Under the pieces are notes generated by a model. It was given only the letters and a program-made list of their open reading frames with translations. It made no database searches and was not told the origin of the DNA. The position numbers and the translations under genes are program-made. 64,000 nt of DNA from Cyanophora paradoxa CCMP329 (lineage: Eukaryota > Plantae > Glaucophyta), in contig QPMI01000530.1 in NCBI GenBank assembly GCA_004431415.1, forward strand, positions 124,001-188,000. The letters run 5' to 3'. The stretch's first letter is position 1. Each line of letters starts with the position of its first letter. Below, piece by piece: positions 1-12,856 of this stretch.

Positions 1-3000
1 CGCGATTCAGGAGGATCTCGAGAACATTGTGGGGCCCTCGGGGGCCCTTCCCGGGACGTTGGGGGGTACCCCCACCTCCGCTCCCGCCACCCCGGACTCC
101 TTCTTCGCTTCCCCCCAGATATCTGTCCGTGTACCCCTCCCCCGGACCTCCCCTCCATCCCCCAAAATACTGATCCGGCCACCAGTCTCCCCTCGTGGGG
201 GCTATCGCAGTAAATATGCGCCTTGGGGCCCTGAGCCGACAGCTCCAGGAAGCAATCCAGGTACCCCCTCCCAGTCGATTCAGTCTATTCTTGGATCTTG
301 CGTACGAGGCCGCCGCGCGCAGGTCCCGGGTACCCTCCTCCTCCTCACCAACGGCCAGGTCCGCCCCCCCCCCGCCCTCCTTCTCTCGTACCCCCTCGCC
401 GACATCGTACCCCTCTCCCAGGGCCGCGTGGTGGCTACGTCCACGCGCGAACTCTCGCATGTAGTGGACGGGAGGATGGTGCGGCATGAATGACGACCAG
501 AACTACGAAGCGCGCTCAGATCGGATCTGATCTGACTGATCTGAGCAGAGGGGAGTGGAGGCTTCCACTTCGCCCCACGCCCTCACGCGGGACCTAGTCG
601 CTCAGGTGAGGCCACCCCCGGCCCGCGCCCAGCCGCTTGGCTCAAAGCTAGGAGAGATTCAGGAGAAGAACGCCCCTAGCATCCAGTTCCCGTACCCCTC
701 TCTTCTCTGGGCCGAGGCGTGGGTCGGACAGGTTGCGGGGGAAGCCCCCGGGGGTACGCGGACGTTTTGGTGCGGGGGGGAGGAGTTCTTCGGATCCCGC
801 ATACCCGTCCGCATGGAGCCCGACCTCGACTGGGTGCGCGGTGTCCTCCGAGGCTCGCAGCTTGGATGGATCTCGCGCACTGCGGCAGCGTCGGGGAGAA
901 GCGGGGGCCGCGCGGGGCGGCGGGGCCTGGAGCTGGGGGGGGGATGGGGGTGGGGAAGAAGCGGAGGGGCGCGCGCGGATCCTCCTACCGATCTCGCAGC
1001 TGACCGCGCCCGCTCGGCCTCGGCCTCGGCATCGCCTCGCCTCGCCTCGCCTCGCAGATGCTCTACACTGCGGTCTCGCGGGACCGGGTCCTGGAGGACC
1101 TCAGGCGCGCCCGCAACACGGCCTTCGGCGTCACCGCCGCCTGGTCCGCCCTTCCCCTCTCATAGGAAGAACTCTTAATGCTAGAACATCAAGAAAGGAC
1201 GTATCACTTAAGTACTTAAGAAAGAGGACATATCTAGCTGTAAGCGTCTGCGCCGCCTGGTCCGCCCGCCCGCCCCCCTCCGACTGATAGGAATACATAG
1301 AATGCAGAAAAGAGGAAAAGAGCATAGAAAGAGGGTGTCTTTGCCGAGCGCTCTCACCTGAGCTGATCCCCCTACACACAGGCTGGTCGTCTCGATCCTC
1401 TGCGCAGGCTACCTAAGCTGGCTCATCACCCGCGTGCGTGTACCCCTCCGCTTCCCCCCCCCCTTCCCGCAACAGCCCGGGCCCGGGTCTTTCTCGTACC
1501 CCGCGAGCGGCCCGCCCGCCGAATCTAACGAAGGCGCCCTCGAATTCTGACCGGCCCGGCCCGCCCCGCCCGCCCGCCCGCCCCACAGCCGATCGAGAAG
1601 ATCAAGGCCTCGATGTCGATCCTTTTGGAGGTCCGAACCTGTACCCCCCGCCCCCCGCCCCCTTCCTCTTCGACGCCCGCCCGATTCACACACCGTTCGC
1701 GCAGACGATGGTGTGCTTTCCGCTCATCCGCTTTGGCAGCGGTACCCCCCCTCGCCCCCCGGCGTCGAATCCCTTCGTTCGCAGACGAACGTGTACGCGG
1801 AGCTCCGACTGCACGTGGACCCGTCCAGCATGGACACGGGTTTGCGGCGTACCCCCTCCCCCCCGCCCCCCTCCCTGGAGCGGGAGGACCTTTTCCTGAA
1901 GCCCGAATCTGCTTCTCTTCTTCTTCTTCAGACTTTCTCAACCGGAGGCGGAGCCGGAACAAGCCGCGGAGCCGATCGTCCTCCTCCTCGTCCAACCCCC
2001 ACCAGGCGAGCCCGCTTCTCCCCCCCCTTCTTCCCCCCCCCCCCTCCTTCCCCCTTCACCCCCCTGACCCTGTACCCTCCCCCCCCCAGAGCGCGATTCG
2101 GGAGCTGACGGCCTTCGACGATTTGGTCGCCGACATGCACCATCGCTTCGTGTCCTTCCAGGAGGTGCCGCACCCGTACCCCCCTCCCGCTCTCCCCCAT
2201 CCCTTTTGAACCCCGGGGGGTACAGGTGGTGTCCGCCGAGGCGAAGATGAAGATCGAGATGGAGGTGCGCTCCGAGGAGACGAAGAAGGTCCGCTCCCCC
2301 CCCCGCCCGCGCGGGTACCCCCCTTTCCCGGACTCGTCCGACCCTACCCCCCCCCTCCCCCTCCGCAGTTCCTCGCGACAGTTTCCCACGTACTTCCTCC
2401 CGCCCCCACTCGTCCCGCGTGCTTTTGACTCGGCCCGCCCCGCCCCGCCCCGCCCCGCCCCGCAGGAGATGCGAACGCCGCTCAACGGCATGCTCGGTGC
2501 TCCCCTCCCCCCCTACTCCCACTAACACTCCCCTCGCCTCCCCTCCCTAACTGCCTTGCCAGGGATGCTGGACCTGGCGCGGGAGTGCGCGCTGCCGGCG
2601 GACGCGGCGGAGTACGTCGAGGCCGCCTCCCTCTCCGGGGACCACCTCCTCTCCCTCGTCAAGTGAGCGGCCTTTCTTCCTTCCTTCCTTCTACTGATAC
2701 TACTAGATACTTCTTCCTTTCTTCATGTCTTTCTTTGTAGATATATACAGGCTAGATACTATAGATCATACTATAGATACTAGATACTAGATACTAGATA
2801 CTAGATGTACAGGCTAGATACTATAGATCATTTCTCCAGAAGCCCGCCCAGTCCAGGAGGACGCGGGCAGGCTTTCTGCAGAAGATGGATGCTACACATA
2901 CAGGCTAGATGCTATAGATCATACTAGCTGGATACAGGCTCGCTGGCTCTCTCGCTCGCGCGAGCCGCCTGACGCCGCCCGCCCGCCCACCCGCCCCGCC

Positions 3001-6000
3001 CCCGCCCGCCCGCCCCCTCGCCCCCCGTATCGACATCCTGGACCTCCTTAAGAAGATAGGTGCTAGATGGACAGGCTAAAGTACTATAGATCAGCGTCCG
3101 TCAGAAGAAGATAAATAGATACATAGATAGATGTCGTCGCCCGCCCGCCCCCGCCTGCCCCCCGCAGGCGTTAGGCAGGGTGGAGCGGAGAAGCGCTGGA
3201 GCGGCGTTGCGCCCTTGCTCCGATAGATAAAATAGACTGACGCCGCCCGCCCGCCCCCCTCGCCCCCGCAGCGACATCCTGGACCTCCAGAAGATGGAAG
3301 CCGGCCTCATCGAGCTCTCCGTGCGCCCGTACCCCCCTTCCCCCTCCCCCCCCCTCCCCAGCCTCTAGCCCGCCCCCCTAGCCAGCGAGCGAGCTCCTCA
3401 CGCGCCGCGCCGCGCCGCGCCGCGCAGTGCGTGCCGGTGGACGTCCGGAGCACGGTGGTCAACGCCGTCCGCATCGTCAAGCGCAGGGCCGACGAGAAGG
3501 TAGGGGGGGGGGGGGGGGGGGAGGAGGGGGGAGAGAAGGGGGGGGGAGGGGGGGGGTCCAGCCCAGCCAGCCATCCAGAGAGCCATCCAGCCTCAAGCGA
3601 GCCTGGGTCTGGCCGTGGGCGAGGGTAGTCAGGCTAGGCCCTCTATCCGACCTCGTTAAAGGCGATCAGAGACGACCGAGACCGCGCCCGCCGCTCTTTT
3701 CCTCTCCTGCGAGCCCGCCCTGAACCCTGTACCCCCGCAGGGACTCGCGGTCTCGATGGACGCGGCGGAGGACGTACCCGTCCTCCTCCTCTCGGACCCC
3801 GACCGCCTCCGCCAGGTCAGATCTGATCTGATCCGATCTGATCTGATCTGATCTGAGTTCTGAGTACGTACTTACCATCGCCCATTGCTCTTGTCAGGTG
3901 TTGCTGAACCTGGTACGTATCAGCGTCCCGAGAACAAAGGGAAGCGCGGTCGGGCCCTTAGAGTCCCCTGCTGACCGGCCCGTCTGTCCCTCGGCAGCTC
4001 TCGAACGCGGTCAAGTACACGATCGAGGGATCCGTCGCGGTGCCCAGTACCCCCCCCCCGCTCCTTCGCGGCATCTGATCTGATCTGATCTGATCTGATC
4101 TGATCTGATGTGATCTGATCTGATCTGATCTGATCTGATCTGATCTGATCTGATGTGATCTGAGCAGGTTCGGGTGGGGGTCCCTGGGCGCCCGGCTACC
4201 CCGATCTCGGGCTCCGGGGGGGCCGGCGCGCTGAGCCTGCGGCGGGCCTCCATCGGCGCCGGCAACCGCATCGTGCTTCGCTTCGAGGTCACCGACACAG
4301 GTGCGCGCGGCCGCTCTCTAATAAGCTCTCTTCCTTTCTTCTAATTAAGATTCTTTATAAGCTTTCTTCTTTCTTGAGCTTCTTCTATTAGCTTTCTCTC
4401 TTTCTTAAGCTTCGATTCTCATGGAGCTACTTTCTGGCAAGAGAGAGCCCGTGCACCTCCTAAAGACGCATAAATTGAGGAGAATAGAGAGAGAAGCTTA
4501 TAGAGAAGCTTAATTAGAAGGGAGGTAAAGAGCCTCGACCTAGAATAGATCTCGAGGCGCATATGTATATTAGGTCGAGTACACGGGGGTGCGGGCAGGG
4601 CGCTTTCTTCCTTTCTTTCTTGAGCTTCTCTTATAAGCTTTCTTTCTCTCTTAAGCTCCTTTTAATAAGGCCGGGCGCCATATATATGTTCTTATAGGGC
4701 CCACGCCCCTCCTGCCTTTGCCCTCTTTGCCCTTGCCGCCCCTCCACCGCGCCGCGCTTCTCTCTGAGCCGCGCCGCTCGCCCCGGCCCGCCCGCAGGCC
4801 CCGGAATCGACTCGGAGCACCAGCGGTGCGCATGCGCAGAGCAGATCGAAATGCGGCGCTCGCGAAATAGACGTGGCGGAGAGCGAATGGATTGGATTAA
4901 TATAAGCGGCTAAGAGCGACTAAGATCAATAGCAGCGAATGAAAATAAGAGCGAATGAGAATTTAGTTTTAAAAAAAGCTGATAGGGCGTCCCTGGGGCC
5001 CGGCCCCCGATCCCGACCGCCGTCCTGTCCCGCGCAGGAATCAGACTGAGATAGAATAAGTGACTAAGATAGAATAATCAGACCACCGAAGATGGAATAG
5101 GTGACTAAGATAGAATAAGTGACCGCCCTCTTTCTTTCCCGCAGGAACCTCTTCCAGCGCTTCTAAGAGCCGCTAAGAGCTACTAAGATCAATAAGAACG
5201 AATGAGAGTTTAAAGCTGACTGATAGGGCGTCGTCCCTGGGGCCCGGCCCCCGATCCCGACCGCCGTCCTGTCCCGCGCAGGAATCTCTTCCAGCGCTTC
5301 TAGCGACTAAGACTAAGCGACTAAGCGACTAGCGACTAATGGATAGAAATAAATAAGCGACTAAGAGCGAATGAGAATAAGAGCGGACAGGGCGTCCTTT
5401 CTAGAGAAAAGATAGCTATATAGAAATCAGTGGCGAAGATGGAATAGGTGACTAAGATAGAATAAGTGACCGCCCTCTTTCTTCTTTCCCGCAGGAACCT
5501 CTTCCAGCGCTTCTTCCGGGTCCAGCAACTCGTCAGCACCCAGAACGACCCGGGCGGCACCGGTACCCACCCCACCCCTTCTTCTCTGCTCCGCCCCGCT
5601 TCTCCGCTCCGCTTCTCCGCTTTTTTTGCTCTGCTCCGACCTTCTCTTATTAGCTTATTAAAGGAGCTTAAGGAAGAAAGAAAGAAAGCTTCTCAAAGAA
5701 GCTCAAGAAGCTCTTTATTCTTTTGGCGCGGCGCCAGGGGAGGCCCTCGACACCCCCCTTCCCCCCCCCCCCCCCCCCCCCCCCCCCGACCTCCTCCGCG
5801 ACCGACCTTGAGCTTCTCTGCGACCTCCAGGCCTGGGCCTGGCGATCAGCCGGGAGATCGTGGAGAAGGCCGGCGGGCGCATCGGGTGCATCTCCAGCCC
5901 GGGCGAGGGGAGGCGCGCTTCGCTTTGTTTCGCTCCGCTTCGCTCTGCTTCGCTTCGCTTCGTTCTCATTTTCTGGTCTTCTTCCCCCCCCCCCCGCAGC

Positions 6001-9000
6001 ACTTTCTGGTTCGAATTGCCCTTCGGCCGGGGTACGCCGTCCCTCCCTCTTTCCTCGCCGTACCCCGGCCCGGCCCGAGCGAGCCGGGCGGCTTCCCCCG
6101 CAGACACCGGGGGCGCCGAGTTCTCGCCGCGGGGCCCGGGCAGCGGCGGGCGGCCTTCGTACCGGCGGCCCTCGTACCTCCCGTCCTCTGCCAGGCGAGT
6201 ACTATATAAGGCTATCGGTTTCTATTACAAATATTCACGTAAAACACGTAACATAAGTACTCGCATATCCACACACTGCTCATTGCTTAAGAGGATCTAT
6301 TATCTGTTCCTGGTACTCGTTTCCGTTCCGAGGCTGATCATGAGCGTCGTCCCTGGTACCGCAGCGGGCGCGCGCTGCCCCACGGACCCCGGAAGAGGTC
6401 CGAGCTCCTAGGAGCCGCCGTCCAGCCCGGCGGCCAGAGCTCACCTGACCTGACCTTACCTGACCTCACCTGAGCAGCGGGAGCGTGCCGGCCACGCCGC
6501 GGGTCTTCGGAGGAGTTCCGGCGCCCCTGTCCCGCTCCGCGTCCGGCATCGGCGGCCTTGCCAGCGTCAACACCCCCCACGTGCGCACCCATATGCATTC
6601 CTTCTTTGCCTAACTTAGAGTCATCCATTTCCCTCGTCGCACTCTTGCTTTACTTTAAGTCTTCCTCAGGACCTTCTCTTCGCCTAGCTAACCTAACCCA
6701 ACGTCTCCCCAGGGCGCCAGCGAGGCCGAGGCCGGCAGCCCCGGCCCGGGCCCCGGACCGGCGGCGTCGCGGGCCGGGAGCTCGAGCGAGCAGGACGGCG
6801 GGGCCGGGGCCGGGGGCGGGCCGGGGCGGTCCCCGCTGGCCGCCCCCGGGCGCGCCCTCTCCGTTCTTGTCGCTGAAGGTTCGCTGGCTTAGACACTTCT
6901 TAGACGCTTCTGCACAAAGCCTTCGATCTCCTTTTGAAGGCCTTAAAGACTAAAGCCTAGAAGTCTCAGAGATAGATAGAGAGCCGGGGAGATAGATAGA
7001 GAGCCGCCCGGGGCGACCAAAACTGCGGTACCATATTACTGCGCTCATATTATATGGCCGCCCCCGGGCGCGCCCTGTCCGTCCTTGTCGCTGAAGGCGC
7101 GCGGGGAGATAGATAGAGAGCTGCCCGGGACGGCCTAGAGTTGAGATTTGAAGGTGACAAGGCAGTGGAGAGCGCTAGGCATGCCCGCAGAGGCAGGCGG
7201 TGTCCCCTCTAGCCGTCCCGGAGAGCGCGCAGCGCGCAAACACGGACCGTGGCCGGCCTAGAGTTGATATATATAAGAACTATATCCGGGGCGGCCTAGA
7301 GTTGATATATATAAGAACTATATCCGGGGCGGCCTAGAGTTGATATATATAAGAACTATATCCGGGGCGGCCTAGAGTTGATATATATAAGAACTATATC
7401 CGGGGCGGCCTAGAGTTGATATATATAAGAACTATATCCGGTCCCCGCTGGCCGTCCCGGGCCGAACCCTCTCCGTCCTTCGATCTCCTCAAAGGCCTTT
7501 AAAGGCTTAAGCCTCCTTTCACGAACTATCTTATGTGGTGAAAGACTTGAACTACATAGACGGCCGAGCCGCTGCTCGCCTGATCCGATACTTCTGATCT
7601 TCTGATACGAAGCCTCGGAAGCTTCTGATCCGGCCCCGGCCCGGCCCGGCCCTTGCTCAACCGCAGACAACGCCACCTCAGCCTCAGTGCCTTAGACACT
7701 TAGACACTTAGACAGTGCCTCCGTGCCTCCTCACGAACGAGCCGTCTAATGTGGGGCCGCAGACAACGCCATGTCGGCGAAAGTCATCGTCTCTATGCTC
7801 AAAAGGGAGGGCCACGCCGTCGCCCACGTCACCAACGGCGCCCAGGCGAGCAACGTCGTTCTCTCTTTATACATTGGAGCACCAAATACATCGCAATAAG
7901 TTAAACCAGCTAGTACTTGCAAAAAGCCAACGTAGCTCTCTAGCTGCATCCCTATTTCTAGTTGGCTGGCTGGCTATAGATCCGCTCTGCAACGTTCTAG
8001 CTGGCTGGTTGGCTCTAGAACGGCCCCCAGGCGAGCAAAGTCGCTCTCTCTTCGTACATTCGGCTCGCTCGCCGGCTTGCTGGCATCCCTGTTCCGTTCC
8101 CTAGCTTTAGCTCTAGCTCTCTCATCTTCTAGTATTGCTCGCCCCCACGTCACCAACGGCGCCCAGGCGAGCTAGCTGCATTCCATTTCTGGCTCGCTTG
8201 CTCGCTGGCTGGCTGGCCGGCCGGCCGGCTGGCTCTAGATCCGCCCTGCGCATGCCGTATCGCCTGGCTCGCTAGAGGTCTAGACTAAGTACTGGCTCGC
8301 CTGCTCGCTTCCTCTTCCTTGGGGGCCGTGCTGACTTCACGCCCCGTCCCGCCGGGCCGCAGGCCGTCCGCCGGGTACAGGAGGGGCTGGAGGGGTGCTC
8401 TTCCGGAACCTGCGCCTACGACCTGTGCGCCTGTACCCCCGCCCCCGCGCCCCCGTACCCCCCTCCGAGCGGTTTCCCCCCCGCAGCGTCTTCATGGACT
8501 GCCTCATGCCCGAGGTGCCCCATCCCCACCCCCATCCCCAACCGCACCCGCTTTCTTCCCCCCCCCCCCCCTCAATCCTCTACGCCCCTCCCCCCAGATG
8601 AACGGGTACGAGGCGACGGAGGCGATCCGGGCGCTGGAGGCGGCGCGGGGGGCGCCCCGCCACCTCATCGTGGCCCTCACGGTCCGTACCCCCGCCGCTG
8701 GGGGGGGTACAAGAAGAAGAAGGGAGGAAGGGAACGAGAAAGAGAGGAGGGGTTTGGGGGAGGTGGCCCGGCCCCTTGCTCCGGCCGCCCGGCCGGCCCC
8801 TACGCCTCGGCCACTCGGTGCTGAGAAGAGGGAGAATCCTAGCCTGCCTTGCTGAAGGTGGATCTGGAAACAGAGGTGGAAGAGTTGAAGGGTGGTCAGG
8901 CCGTAGCTAGTTTCTAGCCTCTTGTCCTCCGAGGGTTCTAGCCTCTAGCCTCTTTCTTGCCTAGAGGTGGACTATTTGAAAACATTGTTTGAAGATTGGA

Positions 9001-12000
9001 AGGGTGGACTAGCCCTTAGCGAGATTCTAGCTTGTTGTCGCCCGAGGGCTCATCGGCGCTTCTGCTCCCGCCGGCCCTCCTCACTCGCTCGCTCCCCCCG
9101 CGCAGGCCATGGCTGGAACCGAGGACGAGGCGGCCTGCCTCCGCGCCGGGATGGACGGTTCGGCCGCTTTGATTTGATTTCTGTTTCGTTCGGACCAGCC
9201 CCGCTTCTATTTGCGTCGCGATCGCGCGGCCTTCCGGCGCCCCTCTGAGGCGCTCTCGGATGGCTTATTTATCCGCGCCCCCGAAGATTCAAAAGAGCTA
9301 GAACTGCCTAGCTTAAAAGATATTCGAAAGAGCTAGAACTGCCTAGCTTAAAAGATATTCGAAAGAGCTAGAACTGCCTAGCTTAAAAGATATTCGAAAG
9401 AGCTAGAACTGCCTAGCTTAAAAGATATTCGAAAGAGCTAGAACTGCCTAGCTTAAAAGATATTCGAAAGAGCTAGAACTGCCTAGCTTAAAAGATATTC
9501 GAAAGAGCTAGAACTGCCTAGCTTAAAAGATATTCGAAAGAGCTAGAACTGCCTAGCTTAAAAGATATTCGAAAGAGCTAGAACTGCCTAGCTTAAAAGA
9601 TATTCGAAAGAGCTAGAACTGCCTAGCTTAAAAGAGATTCGAAAGAGCTAGAACTGCCTAGCTTAAAAGATATTCGAAAGAGCTAGAACTGCCTAGCTAA
9701 ACTGCCTAGCATTCCGGATCCCTGTTTGGGCGAAGCACTCGCTCCCTGACGCGCCCGCCCCGCCCCGCCGCAGCTTTCCTGGCGAAGCCCGTCCGCCGCT
9801 CCACCCTCGACGCCGTCGTACGGCCCTTTCTCTCCCTTTCTTTCTTTTCCTTTCCTTTTCTGATGTCTCTTTCTCTCTTTCTTTCTTGTAATTAGATCGA
9901 CGAGTTCTTCGGGCAGACGGCGCCGCCCTCGCCCAACGTGCTCGCGGTTCGAATCCCGCCGGGTCCCCTTTTTTCGCCTGGCCGCAGCCCCGGGCCGACG
10001 CGCCCCTGCAGCTCGCCGCCGTACCCCCCGCTCCCAGGCCTCCTTCCCCCGGGGTCGCCGCGACACTTTCGCCCCTGCCGTCACTTCCGCCAGCGCCCGT
10101 AGCGCCGGATCCCGAGGTACGGGCTCGAATCCCGCCTCTGTTCACTTTCACTCTCCTGCGATTCACATACCCCGGCCAGCCGGCGACGCTGCGCCCGGCG
10201 GGGGGTACCGCGCGCCTCGCGGCGCCGCCGGTCTTGGCTGTCCTACCCCCCGTGGCCCCGAAGCGCTCTCCCCCCCTCCCCCCCATCTCTTCCTCCGCCC
10301 GAGACCCCCCGACGATCCCGGGCACCGTAGAAATCGTCGCTGAACCGGTACCCCTTATCGATTCCTTCTCTGTCCGTCCGAATTGACCAAACCCGTACCC
10401 CGGCAGGCCGGACCGGTACCCGAGGTGGGCGGCCTTGCAGGCATCGGGCTGGAACCCGACCTCGCACCCGTACCCCCGCAGGCGAGCCCGTATCCCCATT
10501 CCCCGTCCTTTTCCGTGTTCGCCAACCGCGTACCCCGCAGTTCGCCGGGGTACTGGCCGGCGAGGCGGAGGAGTACCCCGAGACGCCCCGAACGGAGAAC
10601 ACCTCCGGATCTGTACCCTTCGGGAGCCCCACCAACCAGCCGCAAGGGGGGGGCGAGTCCCGGAAGCACCGCCGCGACACTCGTGCGCACCGTACCCCCT
10701 CTTTTTTCACGTACCCCCCTGATGGCCGCAATTTCGAAGCGACGTCGCGCGCCTTTTCGGACAACGAGGATTCGACGGAGCGCGAAGTTCGCCTGGCCTC
10801 CGAGGCGGTACCCCCCTTCGCTTTTTTGACGTTTGACGTACCCCCAGCCCCTCTGATTTCCGACGTACCCCCAGATCTCTCTGGGAGGCGTGCCGGGGGC
10901 GCAAAGCGATCGGCCGCGGAGCTCTCCGGCCCTCTCGGTACCGCCCCCCATCCTCTCCCCTCTCTCTTCCTTTCCTTCGGGAACGACCCCTGCCCCCCGC
11001 CTCCCCCATCAGGTGATCTCGAGCTCCTCGTCGGCTGCCGCGGGCGGGGGCGCGGGGGCCCCGGCTTCCGTACCCCTGGACATCCTCGTCGTCGACGACG
11101 TCGAGGTGGGTCCGGTGCCTTTGGGCGGCTCTTTCTATGATCGACGAGGCGATCGATGATGAAACCCTCTAGACTCAGGCTGTAAACGGCCCGCTCGCCC
11201 GCCCGCCCGCCGGCCGGCCCTCGTGCACATAGCTAGCTCGGCTCGGGGCGGTGAGAGCCTCCTGACGCCGCCCGCCCGCCCACGTGCACCCTCCCGCCCC
11301 CCGCAGATGAACCGGCGCGTGCTCGCCACGCTGCTCAAGAAGGAGGGACACCGCGTCACCATCGCCTGCGACGGCCAGGTGCGCCCGCCAGCTCCCCTTC
11401 ACGCCTCCTGCGCGCTTTCCAGAAATCTAGTCCTCGGGAACGGGGGACGCCACCGCTTCTAGAACGAAAGCTCGTCTAGCAAGCTTGCGCCGCCGCCACG
11501 CCCCGCTCCTAGCTGGGGACCTAGAGCTAGCTCCCCCGCCCCCGTCCTACCGTGAAGCCTTCTCTTGGCAGCCTTCTAATCTCTACTTGCCTGCCGCTGA
11601 GCCTTCCTCCTCCTTACATTAGCGCCGCCTTTCCTTTCGATAAAAATTCCTCGTGCGGAACTGAGCCGAACCCCGTTCGAACTTCGTTCGCGCGCGCCTT
11701 CGTTCGCAGGAGGCGGTGGACGCCTTCGAGAAGCGCGCGCGGGAGGCGCAGGCGCGCGGAGCGGCCGGCGCCCTCGCTCTGCAGGTCCAGGCGCGTGGGC
11801 GGGCGGCGCGTGGGTTTCTAGAGGGATAGAAAAGATGCGGGGGCCCAGGCGCGCGTGTGCGCGAAATTTTTAAGGGTTGGGGGGAGGGGGGGGGGGGGCG
11901 GGGACGTGGTTGTCGGTTTTCCGGATGGGGCGGGGCGGGGGTGCAAGGGGCAGAGGGGCAGGCAGGCGGCGCTTCGGACTCGGACTCCGATTCTGATTCT

Positions 12001-12856
12001 GACCGGCGCCCGCGTACCCGGCAGGGCGACGCCGCCGCCGCCGGCCCCGCGGGGCCCAACGCCCTCGCGAAGCCAACATTCGACGTCATTTTCATGTGAG
12101 CGATGCCTCTCCATGTCTTCTTCCTGCCGTTCTGTTCACCTGATCTTCACCTGACGCTCTTTGCTCCCTGGCTGCAGGGACAGTGCGCGGCCCCCGACTT
12201 CCCCCCCCCCTTCCCCCCCCCCTCCCCCTTCCCATGCGTTCTTCTTTGTACGCTGCTCACGCTGGCTTGCGCAACTTCTCTTAGTCTCGATGCCCGTCAT
12301 GTGAGCCGATCCCGCCCCGCCCCGCCCCACGGCCCCCACTTCCACCCGCGGTCGCCAAACGGGGCCGGATCGCCCGCAGGGACGGGTACGGTGCCACGCG
12401 GCGGATACGGCACGTGGAGGAGGGCCTCAAAGGGGTACCCCCCACCCCGATCTGCGCATGCACAGCGCTCTCCTCGTCCAAGGGTACGCAATTCACAGAA
12501 CGCAACCCCGCTCCTTTTTCGCAATCGAGATTCTCGTTTTGTCCAGACCGGGAAGAAATGGTCTCGGCGGGAATGGACGACTTGATCGTGAAGCCTGTGG
12601 CCCGGCAGGTTCGGCCCCGTACCCCCTCCCCTCCGATTCCACTCCGGATCAAATCATGATTTGATCCGATATAATTTGCGCACAGGTGGTCAAGGGGATC
12701 CTGTCGCGCTGGGGCAACCGGCGGAACGGGAGCCGAAGGCGCAGCGTCGGACTCAGCGCGCTTCGGGCCGATCGCGAGCAGCGCAGCAACTCCGTGGGGG
12801 GTACAGGTGTAAACGAGCCGGGCGGGAGCCTCCGGGGGGCCGAGCCCGCCCAGTAG
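1..12856 (+). CDS. Host multi-exon hybrid sensor histidine kinase (HisKA + HATPase_c + two receiver domains), 5' partial
   Basis: Manually spliced GT/GC-AG exons give HisKA FLATVSH-EMRTPLNGMLGMLDLA (2369-2600), NDILDLQKMEAG, DPDRLRQVLLNLLSNAVKYT, FEVTDTG, GGTGLGLAISREIVEKAGGRIG, GSTFWFELPF. REC1 VFMDCLMPEMNGYEAT...IVALTA...GMDGFLAKP (8487-9800); REC2 ILVVDDVEMNRRV...FDVIFMDISMPVMDGYGAT...GMDDLIVKP (11080-12610). Stop TAG 12854-12856. The exon set is not fully resolved. Confidence 0.9.
3817..4163. repeat. (GATCT)n microsatellite tracts in host introns (3817-3856, 4072-4163)
   Basis: Visible tandem gatct/tgatc runs. Confidence 0.9.
7254..7441. repeat. Intronic tandem repeat, 38-bp unit x5
   Basis: ggcctagagttgatatatataagaactatatccggggc; gagttg recurs at 7261, 7299, 7337, 7375, 7413. 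Confidence 0.95.
9286..9698. repeat. Intronic tandem repeat, 35-bp unit x~12
   Basis: gaaagagctagaactgcctagcttaaaagatattc repeated head-to-tail, near-perfect. Confidence 0.95.

Noticed and set aside
9286-9698. 35-bp and 38-bp (7254-7441) arrays as CRISPR
   Set aside because: No spacers; they are intronic minisatellites in a eukaryotic gene
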